From a bacterium (GTDB taxonomy: Bacteria; Margulisbacteria; WOR-1; O2-12-FULL-45-9; XYB2-FULL-48-7), in contig JBDRLW010000039.1 in NCBI GenBank assembly GCA_043812655.1, positions 1-40,602 on the forward strand: a stretch of 40,602 nucleotides of DNA, written 5' to 3'. The first letter of the stretch is position 1. The number at the start of each line of letters is the position of its first letter. A program made the translations under genes and the position numbers. The notes under the pieces are model-generated. The model worked only from the letters and a program-made list of their open reading frames with translations, was not told the origin of the DNA and did no database searches. Shown one piece after another: positions 16,349 to 23,266 of the stretch.

Positions 16349-17497
16349 TTAACTTGGTGAACCATTTAATTTTCTATATTTCCGATCTTTTAAAATATCT
16401 AATATGCCCTGTTTCCCCAGGGTCTTACAATCGTCCATAATCCCAGCAAATGTCCGACCATGTTTTTTATTGAATTCATCATTATCATATCTATTAATAT
16501 CAAATTTACCCAGAGCGGCATTAAGATCATTTGGTGGAATATTTTTATCTGCCCATTTCCTAAATATTGCTACCCTATCCTGAAACTCAAGTAAACCGGT
16601 AATTTCTTTCTTCGTCGGTAATTTATCTTCAGTCACATACGCTTTAAAACCAACGCCAAACCGCTCTCTCATCAAGGGATCAGACAAGTCTAGCCGCTCA
16701 ATATCATGAATTCCAAGCTCCCTCCAGATAGCAGAACTTGAATAACGAATAAATAACCCATAGCCCATGCGTTCCCAATCCTTATCGGTCATATCAGTCA
16801 AGTCATCATTCATGTCGCCAGGTGTTTTTCCTCTCGCGGCCAACGCCCGCTTAAAATTAGCTTCTAAAAGCTTACTTTTACCTATGTCGGTTTTAGTTAA
16901 TTTCATATCTTTGAGAACAATCCGAATATCTTGCTTTTTTACTGGAATAATATTCGGATTATGTGAGAGGCTTTGTAAGGTGTCGCCTGTTACCCCAATA
17001 GTTTCCTGGCAATCGAGCAAGGCCTTTTCAAATTCTTCCGGGCTATCGATCGTCGCTTGCGTTTGTCCGATCGGTCCCAATATTCCACGGTCCATGGTCG
17101 TAGCCATATGAGCACCAAAAGAATTGCCAAACAATGTATAAAACGGTTGAGAAAATACTTCCTCTCCAACATATCTGGCAACGCTAGTCATGCCTGATGG
17201 AAGATTCGAATCATCTTTAGTCCCGGTAAAGAGGAGCCAAAAAGCGGTCCTGACTGGACCCGTGGTATTTAGTTCGAGTAATTCGGTAAATTGAGCCTTG
17301 CTCATCTTGCCGCCGTTGGCAAAGATCTTATCTAATTTTGCATTGAATGCTCGTTTGTCATACTCTTTGCCTCCGCGAAGTTCTTTCACTAGATCATAGA
17401 TTCGATCATAAGTTGGCTTGTCGCTATAAGGAATTGCGATGCTAGCACTATTAGCGCTTGATGACCTTACAATTCCTATACTATCAGCAGCTGCCAT
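16349..17497 (-). CDS. Hypothetical protein (382 aa) with a Ser/Ala-rich N-terminus; candidate effector
   Basis: GGGAG RBS; directly downstream of promoter copy 7. Confidence 0.72.
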   Translation of the reverse strand: MAAADSIGIVRSSSANSASIAIPYSDKPTYDRIYDLVKELRGGKEYDKRAFNAKLDKIFANGGKMSKAQFTELLELNTTGPVRTAFWLLFTGTKDDSNLPSGMTSVARYVGEEVFSQPFYTLFGNSFGAHMATTMDRGILGPIGQTQATIDSPEEFEKALLDCQETIGVTGDTLQSLSHNPNIIPVKKQDIRIVLKDMKLTKTDIGKSKLLEANFKRALAARGKTPGDMNDDLTDMTDKDWERMGYGLFIRYSSSAIWRELGIHDIERLDLSDPLMRERFGVGFKAYVTEDKLPTKKEITGLLEFQDRVAIFRKWADKNIPPNDLNAALGKFDINRYDNDEFNKKHGRTFAGIMDDCKTLGKQGILDILKDRKYRKLNGSPS

Positions 17498-17539
17498 TAT
17501 TTACTCCCTATTAAAATATTATTTTCCTTCACACTTATC

Positions 17540-17568
17540 TTATCGCGCCAACTGACCAAAAACTTGCA
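17540..17568 (-). promoter_or_regulatory. Sigma-28-like promoter motif, copy 7
   Basis: TGCAAG-N15-CGCGATAA on the minus strand. Confidence 0.72.
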
Positions 17569-17572
17569 TCCT

Positions 17573-17658
17573 CCTCACCCCTTTCTTCGCCTTTGGCAAA
17601 TTCATTCCCCTCTCCACTCTGTGGAGAGGGGTGTCTGCCGTAGGCAGACGGGGTGAGG
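17573..17658. repeat. REP/MITE-like palindromic element (CCTCACCCC...GGGGTGAGG family), divergent copy
   Basis: Terminal inverted repeat; internal hairpins cccctctccac/gtggagagggg and gtctgcc/ggcagac. Confidence 0.65.
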
Positions 17659-18381
17659 CTATAACACTCCCACCGACCAATAATGGGCTTGGTTGGAATA
17701 AGCATAGTCAATTGCCACTCCATTTACTTTAACACCTACCCCAGACGAATTCGTCCCCACCCTAAAAGCTAAGAGGTCTACCGGCTTCCACTCGCATCCA
17801 ACTTTATCCTGTTCCGCCGTCCAGGTAATTTTGTTATTAAAAAGATTACCAGAAACACCACTTTTTAAGTCACGTTTGCCAGCCGCAACGCCAAAAGAAA
17901 TATAGTCGGCCGGTTTAAAGATCACACCGACCTTGCCATCATATCTGGCTGCCACATTCTTCTGGTTAATAATTTGTAAATTGACGCCAAGGGACAGTAA
18001 CCCCATATTTTCGGGAATAACCATCGCTTGGTTAAGGTTTCTGGCCAGTGAAAGATATAGTGTTTGTTGGGCTTCTTGGCTGGTGCTAGTTGAAGCAACA
18101 TAACCGACGCCAAAACTGCCATAATCAGTCGTCTCAACTCCAGCGATCATAGAATAATTGGTCCCTTCAAGCAAGCGAGTAGAAGCTGTCGCGGATTCTT
18201 TTGAGACCAAACCAATTCCAGCTGGATTACTAAAAACCGCGTTCGCGTCATCGGCTAAGCCCATAAAAGCCCCGCCAAAGCCCATTGGCCGCGCGCCAAG
18301 GTCTTGGGCCTGCACGGAAAATCCAAATGACAAGATCCAAAATCCAAACAAGACCAAATATCCAAATTTTAATTTAGGCAT
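17659..18381 (-). CDS. PorV/PorQ-like (UPF0164) outer-membrane beta-barrel protein
   Basis: Signal peptide, then GARPMGFGGAFMGLADDANAVFSNPAGI motif; alternating beta strands; IDYAY near the C-terminus. Confidence 0.75.
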   Translation of the reverse strand: MPKLKFGYLVLFGFWILSFGFSVQAQDLGARPMGFGGAFMGLADDANAVFSNPAGIGLVSKESATASTRLLEGTNYSMIAGVETTDYGSFGVGYVASTSTSQEAQQTLYLSLARNLNQAMVIPENMGLLSLGVNLQIINQKNVAARYDGKVGVIFKPADYISFGVAAGKRDLKSGVSGNLFNNKITWTAEQDKVGCEWKPVDLLAFRVGTNSSGVGVKVNGVAIDYAYSNQAHYWSVGVL

Positions 18382-18391
18382 TACATGAATA

Positions 18392-18420
18392 TTATCGTAT
18401 TTTAAGGGGAAATACTTGCG
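18392..18420 (-). promoter_or_regulatory. Sigma-28-like promoter motif, copy 8
   Basis: CGCAAG-N15-TACGATAA on the minus strand. Confidence 0.72.
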
Positions 18421-18423
18421 CGG

Positions 18424-19383
18424 TTAAACGATCGTATCGGGATGGAGCCTTGTCCCTGGCGGAAGTTCGACCCCCGAGTGGATCTGACAGCGGTTGGCGA
18501 TCACCGATCCCGCGCCGATCTTGACGTTCTTGCCAATATAAGTAAAACTGCCGATTATTGAGCTTTCTACCTGGGCGCCGGAAGCAATTATCACCTCTGA
18601 CCAAATAATGGAATTATCGACTTTGGCGTCACTAGCAATAGAGCACCCTTCTCCTAATATGCTTGATCCTAACTTCTTGGCGGCGGAGCGGACCGCGACT
18701 TTGCCATTCACGACGTCGTAATTAGACTGCCGATATTGGTCAAGATTCCCAACATCATTCCAATAGCCGGATAGTTGGTAGCCAAACAGAGGAACATCTT
18801 TTTCCACTAACTTAGGGAATAATTGCCGTCCAAAGTCATAAAAGCCTTCTGGAATATATTTTAATATTTCCGGTTCAAAAATATAAATGCCGGTATTAGC
18901 TAAGTCGCTTAAGGCTTGCTCTGGCTTTGGTTTTTCTTGGAAACCGACAATTCTTCCGCTCTTATCTTGCACCACAACACCAAACTCGGTAACATCAAAT
19001 ACTTTAGAAAGAGCCACCGTCACTATCGCTTTTTTTTGCCGGTGGAACGCCAGCATTTTCCCCAGGTCAATATCAGTTAAGGCATCGGATGATAAAACAA
19101 GAAAAGTCTCATTTGTCGCTTTTGCCATCCTTTTCACCCCGCCAGCAGTCCCTAACAGCTCCTCTTCAAATGAATAATCAAGCTTTAAACCAAAATAATT
19201 TTCGATCTGTTCGGGGTGGTAGTGGATATTGGCAGTAACATCTGTAAATCCATATTTTTCCAGCAATTCAATATTATGCTCCATAACTGGCAAACCAGCC
19301 ACCGGGATCATCGGTTTTGGCACTGCGATCGTCAGCGGTTCAAGTCTTGTTCCGTATCCGGCCGCTAAAATAAAGGCTTTCAC
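18424..19383 (-). CDS. NDP-sugar synthase / mannose-1-phosphate guanylyltransferase family with a C-terminal left-handed beta-helix
   Basis: KAFILAAGYGTRLEPLT..PKPM, EEELLGTAGG, FQEKP, YWNDVG motifs and hexapeptide repeats; GTG start. Confidence 0.9.
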   Translation of the reverse strand: MKAFILAAGYGTRLEPLTIAVPKPMIPVAGLPVMEHNIELLEKYGFTDVTANIHYHPEQIENYFGLKLDYSFEEELLGTAGGVKRMAKATNETFLVLSSDALTDIDLGKMLAFHRQKKAIVTVALSKVFDVTEFGVVVQDKSGRIVGFQEKPKPEQALSDLANTGIYIFEPEILKYIPEGFYDFGRQLFPKLVEKDVPLFGYQLSGYWNDVGNLDQYRQSNYDVVNGKVAVRSAAKKLGSSILGEGCSIASDAKVDNSIIWSEVIIASGAQVESSIIGSFTYIGKNVKIGAGSVIANRCQIHSGVELPPGTRLHPDTIV

Positions 19384-19395
19384 CAGCGCTTAAAA

Positions 19396-19524
19396 CTACG
19401 CCCTTTTATGATGATGAAGCTGTTTATTTTTATTGGTGCTTAAATAATCTAAGAGCGCCACTATGCCGCCCAAAAAGGCAATGACCAAACCAACCAAAGG
19501 AATTGTCCAGAGTGGATCAATCAT
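19396..19524 (-). CDS. Small membrane peptide (42 aa, MIDPLWTIPLVGLVIAFLGGIVALLDYLSTNKNKQLHHHKRA), not in the ORF track
   Basis: GAGGAGGT RBS, one TM helix, basic C-terminal tail. Confidence 0.6.
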   Translation of the reverse strand: MIDPLWTIPLVGLVIAFLGGIVALLDYLSTNKNKQLHHHKRA

Positions 19525-19526
19525 AA

Positions 19527-19727
19527 TTATACCTCCTCATATTTTCTCAAAACAAAAAATGCTATAAAATACATTGCTACAGCCGCAAAAATAGCCAAAC
19601 AAATAATATAAATATTAAATTTATTTAGAGCAACTTGGCCAATTACTAAGGTCAGTAAAGTATATTCGGCCAGTTTCATGAAACTTTTCGAGAACTCTTC
19701 TCTCTGTTTATTGTTTAGTATAAACAT
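19527..19727 (-). CDS. Small two-TM membrane protein (66 aa), possibly DUF6722-like
   Basis: GGAG RBS, two hydrophobic segments, AT-rich. Confidence 0.6.
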   Translation of the reverse strand: MFILNNKQREEFSKSFMKLAEYTLLTLVIGQVALNKFNIYIICLAIFAAVAMYFIAFFVLRKYEEV

Positions 19728-19753
19728 ATGACTCCATCATAAAGTTTATATTA

Positions 19754-20197
19754 TCAAATGCTGCCATAGCGGTCAAGACCTTTTATTCTTTTCGTGTGCC
19801 TGGCATCGCCGGAAAATTGCGTCTTTAACCAAAGATTAATGATTTTTTTGGCTTTTTTCGAAGAAAGCCTTCTTCCCCCTAAACACAATATATTGGCATT
19901 CCCGTGCTCTCGGCTTTGTTTAGCGACATATTCATCAAAAACATTAACGGCCCGAACTCCTTTGAATCGGTTCGCCGCAATCGTCACCCCAACACCGGAC
20001 CCGCAAATTAGTATCCCCCGATCAAACTTTTTGGCAGCCACTGCTTTAGCAACTGGGAATGCAAAATCAGGATAATCACAAGATTCTTCGGAGTAAGTGC
20101 CATAATCCTTATATTCAATTTTCTTCTTAGCTAAATACTTAATGATTTCTTTTTTTAACTTAAAACCACCATGGTCCGAACCGATCGCAATTTTCAT
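19754..20197 (-). CDS. rpiB: Ribose-5-phosphate isomerase B
   Basis: KIAIGSDHGG, DYPD, GILICGSGVG, REHGNANIL, RH..RI motifs. Confidence 0.95.
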   Translation of the reverse strand: MKIAIGSDHGGFKLKKEIIKYLAKKKIEYKDYGTYSEESCDYPDFAFPVAKAVAAKKFDRGILICGSGVGVTIAANRFKGVRAVNVFDEYVAKQSREHGNANILCLGGRRLSSKKAKKIINLWLKTQFSGDARHTKRIKGLDRYGSI

Positions 20198-20198
20198 C

Positions 20199-20936
20199 CT
20201 ATAGCCTCCTTGGCTGCCGTAGGCACGCCTTCATTTCTCGCACTGCTTTTTCTAAGCCGACAAAAAGCGATCTCGCAATAACAGAAAACCCAATATTCAA
20301 CTCCTCAATCCCGGAAATATTAGCCACCGCTTTTACGTTATTATAATCCAAACCATGCCCAGCATTGATCTTTAAACCGATCCAGCGGGCTTGTTCGGCC
20401 GCAATCCCAATTCTGTCAATTTCTTTATTAATATTCCCCACACTTAAGTGTGGGGTACAACTCAATCTTCCATATCTTCCAGTATGTATTTCAATAAAAT
20501 CGGCCACTAAAACTGCAGCCTCTTCAATCTGCTTTTTCTCCGGTTCAATAAATAAGCTAACTTTTATTCCTTTACCTTGGAGTTTTTTAATAATATTTTT
20601 CAGTTTTTTTGAGTACTTAATGACGTCGAGCCCCCCCTCCGTTGTCAGCTCTTGCCTCTTCTCCGGCACCAAAGTCACCATCTCTGGTTTAATTTTCAAG
20701 GCGATCTTTAACATCTCATCTGTTGCCGCCATCTCCAGATCTAGCCGCGTCGGTAATTTCCTTAAAGCGACAACATCTTTATCATTAATATGGCGCCGGT
20801 CTTCGCGCAAGTGGCAAACGATCCCGTCGGCTCCGCCGGCAATTACCGCTTTGGCCGCTTCGATAACATCGGGAATGCCTTCTTTCCTCGCTTCCCGCAA
20901 TGTCGCAACGTGGTCGATATTAATCCCTAATCTCAT
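20199..20936 (-). CDS. pdxJ: Pyridoxine 5'-phosphate synthase
   Basis: LGINIDHVATLREAR, HLREDRRHI, TTEGGLDV, AGHGL, ELNIG motifs. Confidence 0.95.
   Translation of the reverse strand: MRLGINIDHVATLREARKEGIPDVIEAAKAVIAGGADGIVCHLREDRRHINDKDVVALRKLPTRLDLEMAATDEMLKIALKIKPEMVTLVPEKRQELTTEGGLDVIKYSKKLKNIIKKLQGKGIKVSLFIEPEKKQIEEAAVLVADFIEIHTGRYGRLSCTPHLSVGNINKEIDRIGIAAEQARWIGLKINAGHGLDYNNVKAVANISGIEELNIGFSVIARSLFVGLEKAVREMKACLRQPRRL
20436..20455. repeat. Perfect 20-bp palindrome inside pdxJ (REP-like)
   Basis: CCCCACACTTAAGTGTGGGG. Confidence 0.6.
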
Positions 20937-21412
20937 CAGATCTCCTTGTGGATCAAACAGACCGAGTAAGCCTTCATCCCTTTTTTGGAACCGGTAAACC
21001 CAAGCTTTTCCTCGGTCTTGCCTTTTATGTTGACCAGGTCGGCCGGCATGTCCAGCGTACTGGCGATTTTTTCTTTCATCTTCTCGATATAAGGAGCGAA
21101 TTTCGGTTCTTCCGCCACGATGGTAGCGTCGATATTATTAACAGAATAACCTCGGTTACGCAAAAGCTCCTTCACATATTCCAAAAGTTTCAGGCTCGAT
21201 ATCCCTTTAAAATTTTTGTCGCCTGGCGGGAAGTGTTTACCTATATCACCCTCACCCAACGCCCCAATGATCGCGTCCATAATCGCGTGGATCAAAACAT
21301 CACCGTCAGACCAGCCAAGCAACCCTTTAGAGTATGGGATCTTTACTCCGCCAACGATTAACTTCCGGCCCTTAACTAACTTATGGACATCATAACCGAT
21401 CCCAATTTTCAT
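20936..21412 (-). CDS. ispF: 2-C-methyl-D-erythritol 2,4-cyclodiphosphate synthase
   Basis: IGIGYDVH, SDGDVLIHAIMDA, DIGKHFP, KTEEKLGFTG motifs. Confidence 0.95.
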   Translation of the reverse strand: MKIGIGYDVHKLVKGRKLIVGGVKIPYSKGLLGWSDGDVLIHAIMDAIIGALGEGDIGKHFPPGDKNFKGISSLKLLEYVKELLRNRGYSVNNIDATIVAEEPKFAPYIEKMKEKIASTLDMPADLVNIKGKTEEKLGFTGSKKGMKAYSVCLIHKEI

Positions 21413-21413
21413 T

Positions 21414-21998
21414 TTAGTACCCCTTTACAAAATATAATACCATTGAAACATATTCCCAAACAACCGGCTGGAGATCTTCGTGCCTGGTCCACCACTTGTT
21501 AGGATCGAACTCGGCAGGATACGCCGGCTGAACCAGTACTTTTATCCCCTCTTTCCCAAACATCTTACGGAAGGTGTTGCGAGCTCTTCTTGAATGTGTT
21601 GGGGAAGTGACTAAAATAACAGAGCGAAATCCGTGTTGCTTTACGATCGGCAAACAAAACTCCGCGTCCTCAATTGTTGACCTTGATTTGTTCTCAGTCA
21701 GAATCTCCGAACTCTTAACTCCTAACTCCACCGCTTGTTTCTTCATCCAGTCGGCAAAGGTCAATTTCCAAGCCAGCGGACCGCCCGACATCAGCAATTT
21801 TGGCGCCATGCCCTGTTTAAATAGTTTAACCCCCATGTCTACCCTTTCCCCATTGCCATCCCCACCTAAGACAATAATAACATCCGCTTTTCCTAATTTA
21901 TCAGCCACAATCAGCCGGTTGCCCGCCCATTGCAACATAAAAGGGGTTAGAATAAATAAGCCAAGAAGAACCAGCACGCCAATAACAAGCTTTCTCAT
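21414..21998 (-). CDS. YdcF/ElyC family protein (DUF218)
   Basis: N-terminal TM; ADVIIVLGG, SGG, ENKSRSTIEDA, LVTSPTHSRRA. Confidence 0.88.
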   Translation of the reverse strand: MRKLVIGVLVLLGLFILTPFMLQWAGNRLIVADKLGKADVIIVLGGDGNGERVDMGVKLFKQGMAPKLLMSGGPLAWKLTFADWMKKQAVELGVKSSEILTENKSRSTIEDAEFCLPIVKQHGFRSVILVTSPTHSRRARNTFRKMFGKEGIKVLVQPAYPAEFDPNKWWTRHEDLQPVVWEYVSMVLYFVKGY

Positions 21999-23137
21999 CT
22001 TTGCGGCAGGCGAAAAAGAGACCGGAGTAAAAATTTTGGGTTTTTCGCTAAACCCACCAGGAGCGTCCCAATGGTCGGGTAGGTCTTAGGATTAGAGATC
22101 AGACTCCAAATGACCGAAGTGTGGTTCTCAAAATCACCGATCTTCTCAAGCGTCCTGGCATTTTCTTTTATATACTCAAATATTTTCCTTAAAACTTGCT
22201 CATCCATATTTTCCATAATATTACGCAAAAGCAGGCAAAGCTTGATCTCCCGTTCAAATTTATCCCCCCATTTGATCGCATATTCGGCTAAATTATTATT
22301 ATTAATAGCTTCAGCTAATAGCTCTGCCGCTTTCATCCCGTAAAAGATCCCGCCCGACGTGATCGGCTTAACCTGGCAAGCCGCATCGCCAACTAGAGCA
22401 GCATTATCCTTAACCAACTCACAAGTCCCGATCGGGATCGCGCCGGCGTTTTTCTCAATGATCTCACCTTTAAGGTTGTTTTTCTCCATAAAAGACTGCA
22501 GCTCTTTAAAAGGGTTATGCGCTATCGTCCCGATCCTCACGATCCCATTCCCTTCAGGGATGATCCAGGTAAATAAGGAAAATGGCTTAATGTAACTGAC
22601 TGAAACAAAATTTTGCGGTTCAGTCTCAAGTTTCACCCTGAATTGGTAGCCGTTGTAAAGCTTCATTTCTGAACCAAACCCTAAATATTTTCTTACCCGC
22701 GAATTTGGCCCGTCGGCGCCAATTACAACCTCGGCAAAATACTCCCCGTTGCTTGTCTTTAAGAGATAACCGTCTTTAATTCTATTGGCCTCTTTAAGCT
22801 CGGTATTAAATTCTATTTCTAACTTGTGGCTTAATTCCTTATCAAATGCCGCTCGATCGACAATGTAGGCGACCCCCGGACGGTTCAAGTCAAACGCCGT
22901 CCCATTGTACTTTATTTTTGCCCCGTCAATTTTATTGATGATCGATTTATCGGAGACCGGCAGTTTCATCTCTTCAAACAGGTCCCGGCCCACGATCCCG
23001 GCGCAAGAGACTGGCCGGCCAACTTCCGGATGTTCTTCAAGAATAAGAGGGGAAAACCCATAATGCTTTAAAAGCTGGCCAAGATAACAACCAACCGGCC
23101 CAGCACCAACAATTATGATCTTGGTAGTTTTCTTCAT
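21995..23137 (-). CDS. Geranylgeranyl reductase family FAD-dependent oxidoreductase
   Basis: IIVGAGPVG Rossmann fold, CAG, IGADGPNS, WIIP, LVGDAACQVKPITSGGI. Confidence 0.85.
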   Translation of the reverse strand: MKKTTKIIIVGAGPVGCYLGQLLKHYGFSPLILEEHPEVGRPVSCAGIVGRDLFEEMKLPVSDKSIINKIDGAKIKYNGTAFDLNRPGVAYIVDRAAFDKELSHKLEIEFNTELKEANRIKDGYLLKTSNGEYFAEVVIGADGPNSRVRKYLGFGSEMKLYNGYQFRVKLETEPQNFVSVSYIKPFSLFTWIIPEGNGIVRIGTIAHNPFKELQSFMEKNNLKGEIIEKNAGAIPIGTCELVKDNAALVGDAACQVKPITSGGIFYGMKAAELLAEAINNNNLAEYAIKWGDKFEREIKLCLLLRNIMENMDEQVLRKIFEYIKENARTLEKIGDFENHTSVIWSLISNPKTYPTIGTLLVGLAKNPKFLLRSLFRLPQR

Positions 23138-23147
23138 TTTTATTTCA

Positions 23148-23214
23148 CAACCTGAGGCTGAAAGCCTCGGTTCCGTTGGAAACTAAAGGAACCGCGACTT
23201 TTAGTCGCAGGTTG
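23148..23214. repeat. REP doublet (REPIN/BIME-like): two inverted 27-bp hairpin units
   Basis: caacctgaggctgaaagcctcggttcc versus the reverse complement of the second unit, caacctgcgactaaaagtcgcggttcc. Confidence 0.7.
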
Positions 23215-23219
23215 ATAAA

Positions 23220-23260
23220 ATTATAACCTGTTTACGCCGCCCTGTAAAGAATGGTAGAAT
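23220..23260. promoter_or_regulatory. Overlapping divergent sigma-70 promoters
   Basis: Minus: TTTACA-N17-TATAAT (23248-23220). Plus: TTTACG-N18-TAGAAT with TG extension (23231-23260), 6 nt before GTG 23267. Confidence 0.6.
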
Positions 23261-23266
23261 TGGCAC

